The notes under the pieces: generated by a model
What the model was told of the DNA's origin: nothing
The model's input: the letters and a program-made list of their open reading frames with translations, nothing else
Database searches by the model: none
Part shown: piece after piece, positions 30,391 to 43,915 of the stretch
Layout: each line of letters starts with the position of its first letter
Numbering within the stretch: the first letter of the stretch is position 1
Source: Emiliania huxleyi CCMP1516
Lineage: Eukaryota
DNA length: 64,000 nt
Assembly: GCF_000372725.1 (NCBI RefSeq)
Contig: NW_005201551.1
Span: 218,520 to 282,519, forward strand
Direction: 5' to 3'
Position numbers and translations under genes: made by a program

Positions 30391-31938
30391 CGCCCCCCGC
30401 CACGGCTCGAAGAAGGGCTCAGAAATCGTTTAAAACGGCCCTCCCACCAAAAAATCGCGCGCTGCGCGCGCAGAAAGGAGAGAGAGAGAGGGAGGGTCAT
30501 TACCGCCGCCGCAACCACACCCCGGCGGAGCCCGGGAGAAAGTCGTGGAGCGCAGCGACACGACTTTCCCGGGGCGACGCCGGCCGCGCGCGGAAAACGC
30601 GGTTTTTGCCAAAACGGTGGAGGCCGCCCCGCGCTACCGCCCCATCAAACCCGCGCCGCCTGAATCGCTCCGGAAGGCCCCCAAAATGTCGACGCGGGAG
30701 GGCGAAAATCGCCTCGCTTCAGAGCCCGCGCGAGGACGGACCCCACGCCGCTCCACGAGCGACCCGCGCAACCCGCGACCAACAGCCGTGCGGAGAATCG
30801 GCAGGAGACGTCCGCAGCCCCCAGGATCGTCCTCGTCCGATAAAACCACCGACCACCGTGACCCTCCCCGCGCGCGCTGCAAATCTTCAGGCCCTCTGCT
30901 CGACTTTGGACGACGACTTTATTTCGGGTGCCAAAGCAGCTCGCACGGGCCCATCTCGCCGCCCCCGCCGCCGCCCGCCCCCGCGCGGCAGGCCCGGCGC
31001 CGCTCGCTTCCCCCGCGCACCTCACGGGGCGCCATGACACCGCCTGCCAGGCGGCCTGCAGCAGTGCGGGACAGCAGCTGCTACATTCCTCGCCTCCCGA
31101 CGGCCACGACGCCGCCCCACCGCCGAAGCTCGCAAAACCACGCACGGCCCCGTCCACACCGCTCACCGGACGCCCGCTCGCGCCGCCCGCGGACTCCTCT
31201 CCCGCCAAGCCCGCCCCTCTCCTAGCCCCTCCCAGAAGCCGCCACACAGGCCTCGCCTCGCCTCGCACCAGCCCCAAAAAGAGAAAAAGTAGGTGGCCAT
31301 TTTCTGGGGCTCCCAGGCCATTCCCTCTCGATTTCGGCAAACTTTTTTCCGGCGGAATTCTAGGCGCGATACTGATTTTTTCTTTATTTGCCCACACAGC
31401 CGGACGGGCGCCTCTCGCTCCAGCCCTGCTGTCTCTCTCGCCCTCTCGCCGCCACGCCTCGGCCACGCCCCTGCGTGTCCTCCATGCATCCTCCCGGCGC
31501 GGCGCGGCGCCCGACCGCGCGTCGGCGCGGTCTGATTGCCGCCGCGGCTCTCGACGCGCCGATTCCGCTCCGCCGTCTTCTCGGCGGCGGCGCGGCCTAG
31601 CCTGGGCTGGATACGCTCCAGATCTTCGTTAGATGCGCCCGGCACCCGACTACCTCCCGCCTCGCCCGGCGACATCTCGGCGCGCGGACACTGCTGCTCG
31701 CAAGGCACGCCGGCGGGTCGCGCGAGGCGGCCGGCGGGACGCTGCAGCGGCTGCACTCTCTGGTGGTGGACGAGGACTTTACACGCAGGACTCGATCGCG
31801 GCGGAGCGCGCCTCGCTGGAGGCCGAGCGGCTCTCCCTCCTCGCCGAGCAGATGAAGCTCGAGACTGCGCTCAAGCGTGGCGACACCCTCGAGGATGCTC
31901 CGCCGCCGCCGCTCGCGCCGCTCGCGGTACCGTCGGTG

Positions 31939-34186
31939 ATGCTACCCCTCCTTCACCATCTGCTCCACCATCTCCGGCGAGTCAATCATGAAGTAGTTAA
32001 CTAATTAATCAGGTCTACTACCTCTCCTTCACCATCTGCTCCATCTCCGGCGGCGGTATCGTCTACCAGGACCTTTGATTAATCAATGAGCTCTTAGTTA
32101 TGGCTTCATTCGCTGATGATCAACACGTCATAACGGATAGGACTTTTGGCGCTTCACGCCCCTCACCGCCGTCGGCTTCGTCTCCGGCTGCCTCTTCTGC
32201 TTCAGCGGTGTGTCCACCTCACCACCAATCGCGGTACCGAGGGTGATGAAGTGTTACTCACCAGCTGCTGACGTGTACTAGGTGTCTGCCGTCATCACCG
32301 AGCGCGGTACCGAGGGTGAATCAGAGTGAACTTCCAGATTTTTGATCTGTTCTGTAGGTGTCTACCTGATCACCAAGCGCGGTACCGTCGCCGCCGGCCG
32401 CGGCGTCTCTGATGCGCCGCCCGGCGATATTTCTCTTCTTTTGCTAGCAGAGAAAAAAGAAAAAAATAGGCTTCTCGGATGCGCCGCCCGCCGCGCCGCC
32501 CTACGTCGGTGCCGCTATCGGCCCAGGTGAACTATTCATTATTAAATATTAATATTAACTGTGATTACTATTCGTATGTCGGAGCCGCTATCGGCCCAGG
32601 TGGGCTATTCATTATTAAATATTAGCTGTGAGTCTTGCCTCTTGGCCGTATGTCGGAGCTGCCATCGGCCCAGGCGTCAATAATTCACTATCGCCAATGC
32701 GGTGGGCGGTTGACTCTCACGCAGGCGGGCAGCAGCTGGCCGCCGCCATCTGCGAGTCTGCGCGGAGCGTGGCGCCGTCGCGCCTGGCGCGGTTGGGCAA
32801 GGCGGTTTCTCTCGACGAGGGGAGGCGGGGCGTGTCAGGCCAGCGGCTGCTGGAGGAGGTCGGCCTGCCCTCCTCCTTCTCCTGCTCCTCCGGCGCAGCG
32901 CTGTCCGACGTCGTCATTTCAGACCCACTCGGCGCCCCCACGCTGGGCGACCCCTACCTCTGCTCCCCCTCTCTTCACACCTCCCCGCTGTGAACAGGCG
33001 ACCCCACGCTGGGCGACCCCTACCTCTGCTCCCCCTCTCTTCACACCTCCCCGCCGTGAACAGGCGCCCCCACGCTGGGCGACCCCTACCTCTGCCCCCC
33101 CTCTCTCTTCACACCTCCCCGCTGTGAACAGGCGACCCCACGCTTGGCGACCCCTACCTCTGCTCCCTCTCTCTTCACACCTCCCCGCTGTGAACAGGCG
33201 ACCCCACGCTGGGCGACCCCTACCTCTGCTCCCCGCCCCGCTCCAACTCCGCGCCTGGCCATGGCCAGCGGAGGGCGGCGTCGTACGAGTCGCCAGAGAG
33301 ATTGCGAGAGCTCAAGTCACGGCGGCTGCCCTCGCGCCACCCTTCGCGGCGGGGCGCAGAGCCGCGGCAGCTGGACTTTGGCGGCGCGGCGGGCGGCGAC
33401 GGCGGCGACGCGGCGCTGCTCGGCGCGACGTTCCCGCGCGGTGCGCCGCACCAGCTGCAGCGGCTTACTTCGGGAGGGATGCGGCGGATCTCGACGTCGA
33501 TCTCGACGTTGCTTGACCGCGATATCTCCGTCGACCTCGACGCGACGGCGTCGCTCGAGCGGGGCATGTCTGGACACAACCCACCTCCAATGGTGCTCGG
33601 CGCCTCCACCTCGCAGCTGCATCTCTCTCCGCTGCTGGCAGTGCCTCGCCGGCTCCAACCGCGCCGGCGCGGCAGCGTGTGTTCACAGCTCGCGGTGTGA
33701 ACAGGCTCGCACGTGGTCACCCTCAGTGCGGAGGAGCGCCGGCGGAGGCTTCAGCGCCGCCTCGATCGCCGAGGCCGCGGCGGCGGAGGCGGCGGCGCCC
33801 GCCACCGCCGGGCGGAGCAGCAGCGGCGGAGTGCTGGGGGGGCGCGGGTTTGGCTTCCGGGTGAGCGGGCTGGTGGGTCGGCCGCCCGATTTGCTGTGAC
33901 GTAGGAGGGCGTCCCCGCAGAGCGCGGTGTTGCCGCGCCCTCGGCGCCCGTGCAGCGCACTCACGTACCTACCTGGCCTAATTTCCAAGGTAAGGTAAGG
34001 TATATAGAGGTAAGGTAAACTCTTCTCCACACACACGCGAGGGGTGGTGGGGCGCAAGGGGGGGCACTAATTTCCATGCGAGAGACGGCCAGATCTGTCG
34101 TGGCAGGCAGCCAAAGAGATTAAAGTCTCACGACGCGCAGCGAGCACAGTTTGGTGAGTCAGATCAAACCGTATCTTTTCACGGCA
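31939..34186 (+). pseudogene. segmental duplicate of the NIPA gene 3' half (source 26115-28461)
   Basis: Collinear near-identity from atgctacccctccttcacc to gtatcttttcacggca, introns included. Confidence 0.9.
33988..34066 (-). mobile_element. 79-bp 5'-truncated retro-insertion, (CCTTA)n-tail family
   Basis: Flanked by ctaatttcca at 33978-33987 and 34067-34076; absent from the paralogous site at ~28344. Confidence 0.85.
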
Positions 34187-37034
34187 CACATCGTCCGGCG
34201 ATCCCCGCTCCCCGCGTGAGCGCCGTGAGAGGGGGTGCGCCCGGCCTTAAACCGTACACCGTTACAGGCCCTCTGCGCTCCTGCCCACATAACGAGCATA
34301 CAACTCGCTCTCAAGAACCCCAGGCCTCAGGCGGTGCCCCATCCATCTCGACTGCCTCTCGGTTTTGTGTGTGTCTCGCCCAAGCCAGCCCCTGGCCCTG
34401 CCCAATTCCCCTCTCGCCCGCCCTCTCCGCTCCCCCCCCGCTTCGCTCTTGTCCCAACCGTGCCGAGAGTCACAGAGTGCGATTGTGTGTGTGTGTGGGA
34501 GTTGGTTTGTCGGGAGGGAGGGGCAGGCTGCTCACCCACGTGCACCGGGCCAGTGCTTGCACTGGCTAGTTCCAATTCACTCTGACACGCTAATCTTGAA
34601 AACGTCCAACGGAGCTCCGTGTTGCTCCCAGCGCCCTCCCCCGCGCTCCCTGCGGCCATGGCCGATGATGCTAGTATGAGAGGTCATCTGGCTACCGCGA
34701 GAGCGACCCAACTCGTCGACATCGTCCGATGATGGTGCCGCAAAGTCAGCCTCCGGAGGCTATCGTGGGGTCGAGCCGTCAGTAGCCGTGACATGTGGTT
34801 CCACCGCCCCTCGTAGGCTTTGCCTCTGACCGCCACCGTTCCCAGGCTACCTTATGGGATGGAAAGGAAGGCTGGGCGAGCGTATAGAAGCGTGCTCGAC
34901 CTCGTCGTGGCAACCTGCACGTCAGCACTGGCGGGCGCGATGAGCGTCGTGCCACCTGACCCGAGACGGGTCGCAGGCGTCGTACCGAGCGCGTCAAGTC
35001 CGTGTAGGTGAGGTGCTCTGTACGGGCGAGTCACGTCGGCGTCAAAGGAGCGACGTGCGACCTGTCAGAGCTTGCTCTCCGATCTCAGCGGCGTCGAGTC
35101 GTCTCCGGCGGCGACAATTCGGTACCTCCCCAGGACGCGCAGAGGCAGCTGCGGAGGACTGGGGGGTCAACAGGGAGGCAGGGGGTCACAACCAGGCGAC
35201 GGAGGACCGTGGACCATCGCGGGGACGGGTCCGTCCGGAGGACGAGCTCGGCAGATCCGGATGGTCTTCACGCCGGTAGGAGGCACCGAGGCGTCTAGGG
35301 CGCTCCACTCTACCTTAAGCTCCTGAGGGGCGCGTGGTTGTAACCACGTAGGACTACAGCCCACCACAGACACCCTCCCCACTCCTCACGTGTGCACACT
35401 CCCTCACCCTCTCCCCTCTCCTCTCTCACTCTCTCCTCTCTCTCCTCTCCTTGTCTGTGCTGTCTGCCTGACTAAGGCACTAATTCTGCCGATGCGAGAT
35501 TGTGTGTGGGCTGCTCCGAGGGGGCCCTGTGCGATCCGATGGGTAGGGAGTCTGTGCCCGGGCGGTGTCCGGTGCGGGGTCTCTCTCTGATCCCACCTGT
35601 GATGTTGGGTGTGAGGTTGTGGCGGCTTCGAACCCAAGGGGGGGAGCTGATCCCACTCATAACCAACTCTCAGGGGCAGTAGGTGGGCGAGCTTCAGGCG
35701 CGCTCATCTCAATCGTCAAGAGGCGTCGCTACGCGCGGTCTTCCGCGGGGGGAGCTGCGTCGACGGGTGCGGGACCGCGGCGCAGCCAGTGCCGCGGCGA
35801 GGCCTCCGGCTGTTTGCGGCGGGCGGCTTGCTGCTCGCGGCGATGGCGAAAAACTCGTCTCGCCGCACACCAAGGGCTTATGCCCTGGCGAGATGTGAGG
35901 CGCATGCGCCCAGGAGGGGAGGGCGCACATGAGTATCGACGCTGCTGGAGATGCCTTTCGGGGCCCAGAGATAAAACTTCTGATGCCATGCATGACCTAG
36001 TAGTGTCCCCAGCTATGGGCGTGTCCACGTTGGAGGCAGCCAGGTGTGGTGTGGACGCGAGAATAGCTCCGCCGTTCATGGAGGCAACCGATGCGAGTCG
36101 ACTGGTGTGTGTCGTCGTGGTTTCGTATCAAGAATACTCACTCACACACACAAAGGATGTTCACAACGCTGCGCACGGGACTGGCGCGCACTCTGGCACT
36201 AAGCTAAAAGTACGTTGAAGTACGAATTCAACAAAAGAAGTACGTAGCTTCCTGGGATGCGTGTACGTAGTTTTAGCTTACTGGGAGAGTTCGCTCGGGC
36301 GCCTTGGGCGTCGGGGTGGCGAGCAGGGGACGCAGCTCTGAGCGCCCAGGGCGACGCGTGCCGGATGGAGTCCGGCCGCGGGTGACTAGGGAAGTTCGCT
36401 CAGGATGTGTGGCAGCCGCCCCTTGCTGAGTGTCTTGTCTTGTGGTTCTGTGTGTCGCTCCTGTGTGACCGTCATCGCCCGTCCTGCGTCCACCCATACC
36501 GCGTTGGTGTCCCAGTCGTTGGTCGGACTGTGTTTCGCCTTCCCATCAATCAATCAATGGGAGAAAGCGTGTACGTACTTTTAGCGTACTGGGAGAGAGA
36601 GAGTAAGTACTCTACTGGGAGAGAGGCAGGCGCGATTTCTAGGCCCTTGGGGGCCCTACCACTCAGCGCAGTGTGTCGGAGAAGCCGGTGAACGAATCTT
36701 AGGAGAGGATGGGGCAGTCAGCGTGTAAAATTCTTCCGATACATTCGGTTGTTTACATTCGGTTGAGCACTTGAGCACTTGACGTAGGGTCGATTCCGCA
36801 AGGTACGGGACTCGTCTCTCGCCCTCCCTCGCTGGTGCGTTCATTGGGGGGGGTCATAACAAACACGGTACACAGGATCGAGGTGCACGCTGTCAAAGCA
36901 GTATCGTGCGGCTGTGATAGTGCTAGCACGCGCCAGTCCGCACCTGTGTCGAGCCTGTCTGCTGTGAGAGAGAGTTTTGTTTTGTTTAAATTCTTTTTTT
37001 CTTTGGCATCGAACATGCACATCGGTTCGCGGTC

Positions 37035-40000
37035 TTAAGCAGCCTCACCGATGACCGCCTCTCCCCTCGACGCCTCCGCCGCCGGCTTGCCAGCCGCACG
37101 TCTCCTCCTCCGCCAATAGCAGAGTGCCGCGCCGCAGCAGGCCAGCAGCAGCACCCCGCCGAGGAGGGGGAGTGCGATGACGAGCCACTGGGCGAAATCG
37201 TCGTCGTCGGGCGTGCACTCGTAGTAGACGCAGTGCTGCTCGACGCCCGTCCACGAGAAGGCCGCCTCGCAGCAGTTTGTGTCGTAGAAGCAGACGGCGC
37301 CCTCCTGGCCGCACGCCGCCTGCGGGAAGGCTCCGAGAAGGTTCCGAGAAGGTTCCGGGAAGGTTCCAGGAAGGCGGCTCAGGAGTGGAAGACGAGCAGT
37401 TCGCCGAACCGCTGCCGTGTGGCAGAGCCTCCTCCCGCTGATCGCTAATCTCGGCGAATCTCGGCGAATCTCGGCGAGTCTCAGCGAATCTCAGCGAATC
37501 TCGACGAATCTCGAGCCGCGCCTCCTGCGCACCACTCGGCTCGCGCCACGCCGCGACGGCGGCTTCAAAGGCGGCGGTCGCGGCGGCAGCGCCGCCGCCG
37601 CCGCCGGCCGCGGGGAGCGCGAAGGTGGCGGTGACGATGTTGTGGTCGGTGAGGGCGTGCGCGGTGCCGGGAGCAGATGGGGCGAGCGTGCCGAAGATGT
37701 CGCTCTCGCAAAAGACGCCGGCCCACGCGTCGGCGGCGCGGAGGGTCGAGACCTGCGGGTGTGGGTGAGGTGAGGTGAGGTAGACTTCTCCACAGACACA
37801 CGCGAGGTGGTGGGGCAGGGGCCAGGGTAGTCCCTCGCGACTCCACGTCTAGACGCGACTCTAATTTACAGGCGCGGGGAGGGGTGGGTGGGTGGGTGGG
37901 TGGGTGGCTGGTGGGTGGGGCTGGGTGGGGTTGTGTGGGGAGGGGGGGGTGGGGGGAGGAAACCTCTTTCGGGGGGGCTTGCCCGGTCAGCGCGCCGTCC
38001 GAGCTGCTCGAGTAGACTAGGTAGTCGAGCAGCTGTTCACAGCAGCAGGTGTGAAGACGGCGAGCTGCCAGGAGGGGACGTGCGTGCCACATCTCGTCCT
38101 CATCTTGTTCAGGTCTCGTTCTCATCGCGTCCTCATCTCCCCCATGTCTCGTCCATGTCTCGGCCGCATCCCCGCGTCCTCTCGGCACATCTCCCCATCT
38201 CTCCCCACAGCTCCCCATATCTCCCCACATCTCCCCCATATCTCCCCATATCTCCCCCGCGAGCCCGGCGCCGCTGTCTAATGACCAAACACACGCACTA
38301 CTATTACGGCGGCAGAAGCGGCCACGCTCGCCTCGTAGCTCTCGCCGTCCGAAAAGATGGCGGCCAGGTCGTTTGTGGAGGTGTCCCAGGTGTATGGGCC
38401 AATCGCCCCCGCCGCGCACGCCGCGGGGAGGTCCAGGCCAACCTACATGGAGAACTGCACCATCAGGGCGCGAAGACGAATCGTGCAGGAGCATTCGGAG
38501 CACCCGTGAGTTCGAATACGGTCGAATACGGTCGAATACGGTCGAATGCGGTGCACCATCAGGGCGGGAGTACAGTGGCGTGCAGAGATTTCAGAGCACC
38601 ACACGCGTGAGTGCGAAGACGGTCGAATGCGGCTGGTTGCGTGTCCTCTCGAGCGGAGGACAGCTGAACCAGCGAGTGCAGCGGAGGACGCGTCCTCTCG
38701 AGCGCTAGATGGGGTGCATGAATGCCTCTTCCGCTTCTTCGCTCCGCGCTGCCAGATATGGGGGAGATACAGGGGAGATATGGGGGGGTCTTCCGCTTCT
38801 TGGCCGCCCCGCACCGCGCCCATCTTTTGGACGGTGAGCTGGTCGGTGATGAGGCTGCAGTCGGGCGTGGCGGAGGCGGCGGCCGCGGCGTAGGCGTCCT
38901 CGTTGAAGTCGCCTGGGGGGGGGGGGGGGGGGTTCTTCAATGGGACACGGCCCTATCACGCTCTGGTAGGGCGACACCTCGCCTCGGACATGCGAGGCCC
39001 GAGGCGGAGGAGGATGGGTGGCTGGGCGAGTGTCACACAGTGCCAGGAAGGCTCGGGGAAGTGTCTAGGAATCGTCCGCCTCCCATCACGACGCTGTACG
39101 CGAGTCCGGCACCGCCGAGGGCAGCGGCGACGGAGTCTTTGAAGGCAGCAATCTCCGACATCTGGTACGTCCGGATGTCCTCCGCTGTCACCTGTTCACG
39201 CGGCAACAGCCGTGAAGACACGCCGCTTCCGCACTCCGCAGAGCCGCGGCGAGATGTGTCCGAGATGTCCGAGATGTGTGCGAGATGTGGACGAGAGATG
39301 GTCGAGAGATGGCCGAGAGATGCAGTTGGCTAGGCGAGCCCGGAGGGGGTGGTGGGGAGCAGTGGGAGTCTCACAGGCAATCTCGGGGCGTCTCGGGTAA
39401 TCTCGGCCAATCTCGCGCACCCCAAAGTCGTACTCAGGAAACGCGTGCAGGTCGATCACCACGGCAAAGACGCCTAATGCCGCGAGATACCCCGAGATCA
39501 GCCGAGATACCCCGAGATACCCCGAGATCAGCCGAGATGCCCCGAGATCAGCTGAGATACCCCGAGATGCCCCGAGATGTCCCGAGATCAGCCGAAATGC
39601 CACGAGATGCCCCGAGATGCCCCGAGCTGCCCCGAGATACCCCGAGATGCCCCGAGATCGCATCTTGCACTGCGCGCGCTCACCGTCCGCCGGCTCAACC
39701 AGCACAGCCGTGTAGCCAGCCGGCGCCGGCAGGCCGTGCGCGCACCAGTTTTGCTTCGCCACGGAGAGGAGGGGGAGGCGCGAGAAGGTCACGAGCCCGC
39801 CTGCGCTCGCACGACGTCGGGTGAACTCGTCTGACCTGGTGCGACCTGGTGTGATCTCGGGTGATCTCGTGTGATCTCGTGTGATCTCGGGTGACCTCGT
39901 GTGACCTCGTGTGATCTCTGGAGATCTCGTGTGGTCTCGGGAGAGATCTAGGGTGATCTCGGTTAGCAGAGAGATCTAGCGTGATCTCGTGTGACCTCGT

Positions 40001-40537
40001 GTGACGTCGTATGATCTCGTGCGATCTCGTGCGATCTGGTGTGATCTCGTGTGAAGGAGCCCGCCGGAGTCGAGGCCGGTCAGCGAAACGAAGCCCTGCT
40101 TGTCCGCCAGGTCAAAGAGCGGGCCTGGCGCGTCGGCGCACTGCGGGTCCGCCGCCGTCGGGGCGGGGTCGCCCGTGCTGTGGACGAACCCTCTCGCGGA
40201 GAGCGCCGCGGTCACGTCTGCAAAGTTCTCCGCGGCGGTTCCGAGCTCCTGCGGCGAGCGAGTGAGTCGATGGGCCAGGGTCGGGCGCTCTCGGCGCTGC
40301 GGCAGCGGCTGTGGAGGACGCGACATGGGTAAGCGTGCGCAGCCGCACCTGCGCAATGACGACATCCACCGAGTCGAGGTCAGGGAGGCCGCTGTACGCA
40401 GACAGATTGGTGCCGCTGATGGCGTCGGCTATCAGGCCGAAGCGCGTGGCGCAGTTGTCGCATCCCGAGAGCGGAGCCACGTCGCGGCAGGCAAAGTTGA
40501 CGGTCAGCACCGTCAAGGTCGTGGCGGTCGACGGCAT
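37035..40537 (-). CDS. endonuclease/exonuclease/phosphatase (EEP) family, sphingomyelinase-like, with C-terminal TM helix (multi-exon)
   Basis: LTVLTVNF, VDVVIAQ|EL, DSGGL|VTFSRLP, VIDLH, IRTYQMSEI, VVMGGDFN, LLDYL follow the EEP motif order; ends WLVIALPLLGGVLLLACCGAALCYWRRRR. Confidence 0.75.
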
Positions 40538-40653
40538 GCGCCGGGGCTCACAGCCACGCTCACAGCGACTCGTGGAAAAGCGCGCGCTGCGTGCGTCCCT
40601 TGTGACGCGAGCCACTCTTTTCTTTTTTTTGATTAACTACGTCACTTCGAAGT

Positions 40654-40820
40654 GTGTACGCCAACTCAGGGTGTGTGGCAGCCAGCTGGCTGTGTGTCTT
40701 GTGAGCTTGTTTGTGTCTGTGTGTCGCTCGTGCGTGTCGTCATCATCTGTCTTGCGTCCACCCATACCGCGTTGGTGTCCAGTCCGAGCCTGGCTGTTCT
40801 TCACCTTTCTACCTACCTAC
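40654..40820 (+). mobile_element. 5'-truncated retro-insertion, (CCTA)n-tail family
   Basis: Ends ctacctacctac; 9-bp duplication cttcgaagt at 40645-40653 and 40821-40829. Confidence 0.85.
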
Positions 40821-41498
40821 CTTCGAAGTTCGGAAACAACGCAAGGCGGACATGGCATATCTTTCTCGGGCCCACAGACATCCCGCACACCCGCCCCCCG
40901 CGCGCGCGCCCCGGCCGGGAGAAAGGGGAGTGACAGTTTGGGACACAGACGAGTACTCCATGTGCAAGAACGCAGATAAAGGACTGGGGGGGGTGGGGCG
41001 GGGTTGTGGGGTGGGGTGGTAATGTCGGGGTGGGGAGTGGGTGGGCGCCGGAGTGGGAGTGGTGTGGCTGCTCCTGTGGTGCGGGCGACGGCTTCTGAGG
41101 AAGCCGTCGCCCGCGCCTTCCCTTTCGCGCGAATCGTGTTGTGCGACCGCCTTTTGTAAAATTGTTTTTCAGGGGAGGGGCTAGGGTGATTAGAGTTCTT
41201 TTTAATCCTTCCATGTACTAAGGTTACCACCAACACCTCAATATCCAGATACCCCGGCGCTGCGCGTGCGTCCAGCGGCAAGGAAGAAGAAACCACCCAC
41301 CACCCACCCACCTACGTCAAACCCCACCCACCCACGCCAAACCCCACCCGCCCACCCACCAAACCCCCGCGCGCCCCCACCGTCGCTGTACGTGCTTCGC
41401 TCCTTCGCAGCCGCAGGGTCTGCTGCCCTCTGCCGTGCTCTCAGGCGGCGGTCCCGCCAGACCCTGCGCCCTTGCCGCCCGGCCGGGGCTGGAGAGGC

Positions 41499-42780
41499 TC
41501 AGCAGAGGTCGATGCCGCGCTCCTCGCACGCGGCCACCAGCTCAGGCTGCTCCTTGTTCTTGTTGTCCACGCGGAGCCTCTGCACGCGAGGGGATGTGCG
41601 ATGAGCATTGGGTGGGGGAGGGGCGTGTGGCGAGGGGGGCGTCTCGCGCCTTCAAGCTCGGGGTGCCCCCCTCCTTGAGGGCGGCGGCCAGCGCCTTGCA
41701 GCCCTCGTCGCCAATCTCGTTGCCGAAGAGAGAGAGCACCTCGAGCCGCGGCGCTGCCCCCTCCTTGAGGGCGGCGGCCAGCGCCTTGCAGCCCTCGTCG
41801 CCAATCTTGTTGTCGAAGAGAAGGAGCGTCTCGAGCCGCGGCGCTGCCCCGCTCGCGAGGACCTCCGCCAGCTGCGCCGCCTCCGCGTCGCCCCAGCCGA
41901 GCATGCTGTAGCGCAGCACGGTCGCCTTGCCAAACTGCTCCTCGAAGGCGGCCTCGTACAGCCCCTTCACCAGCGGCTTGTCGTCCTTGCCGTTGGTGAA
42001 GCTCTTCGTCTCCAGCTCCGCCGCGAAGGCAGACGGCAGCAGCGGAGGGCGCCGGCCGCCGCCCCAGGTGCAGTCGAATCGGAGGCTGTCGCAGTCGTAC
42101 TCCCAGCCGTCGCGCATCTTGCCGAGGTCGAGCGAGAGGTAGCCAGCCTTTGTCAGGCCAGCCCAGCTTGACTCGGTGTAGCACCAGCCGCGGTCAAAGT
42201 ACTTGGCCACGTTGGTGCCCTCGGCCTGGTCCTCCGCCTTGTGGCCGTCCGGGAAGGAGGTCAGCCGCAGCACGCGTGTGTGTTGGTGGGAGTAGAGCGT
42301 GCCGAGGCAGCCCAGCCCCTGCTTGAAGAGCGCGTTCTGCTCCTCGGTGCGCATGACGCCGTTGGCGGGGTCGGGGTGCTGGTGCAGCGAGCCGAAGTCC
42401 CAAAAGACGCCGAGCCGCGGGATGAGGTCGGGACGGCTGAGCAGGGCCTTGAGCGCCCTTGCGACGCGGGCGAGGTTGGCTCCGCGCGGGTCGGGGTGGT
42501 CCTTGGTCAGCCACGGGTAGGAGAGCGCTCCGACGGGAAGCCACGGGACGTCGCTGGTCGCCTCGACGAGGTCGGTGAGGGAGAGGAAGGCCTCCTTGGG
42601 CAGCGCCTGACGGTGGGTGAGGACGCCGCCCGCCTCGGCGTGGCTGATGATCCACTGCGCGTCGAGGACGGCGACGGCGCCGCTCGCGAGGACCGGCTCC
42701 AGGTCGCCGCCGCCGAGCTTGCGCCACTTCTCCAGCTTCTGCTTGTAGGTCAGGCCCGGCTTGCTCGTGCCGCAGCCCAT
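41499..42780 (-). CDS. HET/TIR-like domain plus LRR protein, copy 2 (exons 42780-41650, 41579-41499)
   Basis: MGCGTSK; ALSYPW, VFWDFGSLHQ, RGWCYTE; two full LRRs; 70-bp GC-AG intron. Confidence 0.85.
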
Positions 42781-43757
42781 CGCTTCGTCTGCCTGTGTAA
42801 GGCCGATCGACTTTGAGCACCTGTGTGCCTGTCAACAGCGGCTCGGGCAGCGGCCGCAAACGTGAGCTGAGGGCGTGTCAAGATTTTTGTCACCGATCTT
42901 CAACTGAGCCCCCCCGGGGGACCATCGGTGCCTGCAGAGATTGTGAAAGAGGCGCTCGGACACACGTGAACGAAACGGAGGCGCCTGGATTTTTGTTTGC
43001 GATTTTCCTGAATTCTTTTTAGTAGCTGAACAGTCAAAAGCTTGCACCGCTGCTGGAGCTCTTTCGCAATCTCAATCTCCCGCTTCTGGCGGATTCGGAG
43101 ATTCGGCGAGATTCGCAATCCTCAGCAGAGGACGGCGCTCGCAACCTCCCGCGTTTGAGATTCGGAGATTGGCCGATATTAGCAGACGGCGGCGCTCGCA
43201 ATCTCCCGCATCTGCGCCGCGACCGCCGGCACCTCCAGCGCCAGGCAGATCGCGTGCATCTCCCGGTAGGACCTGATTATGATTAGCGCCCTGGTTATGA
43301 TGACTAAACTTGAGAATTCGGCAGAATGGCATGATCCCGGCAGGACCGCTTCGCTTCCGCCGGGGCATTCGCGTCGACTGTGTGGAACTGGTAGAATCGG
43401 TAGAGGGCGCACGCCTATAAAACAACCGGGCGTTGAAAGAAAAAGAGGAATCCTCGCCGCAGTGCAGAGCACTGCGTGGTGAGTACGAGGGCTACGAATA
43501 CGATGAAAAAGAATACCGAATCTAGTGTCTGGGCTACGAATACGCTCAAGACCGCGGGCCGAGGAGGCAAGATACGTGTCGAACGCAGAGGCCCGCAGTC
43601 AGCCTCTACGGGCGCGCGCCAGTGCGTTGCAGAGGGTGAGGTCCACCAGCGCCTCCGCCTCGGCCTGAGGTGAACGACGGTCCGGGGTAGCGTCTCGTGC
43701 GAGTGGCTCCACGTAGACAGGAGCCCCGGCGTTGAAAAGTGCTGGACAGGGTGAGAA

Positions 43758-43915
<158 letters not shown>

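Noticed and set aside
35339..35680. Solo LTR
   Set aside because: Starts TGTAA but I found no second copy, matching end, TSD or gag/pol sequence
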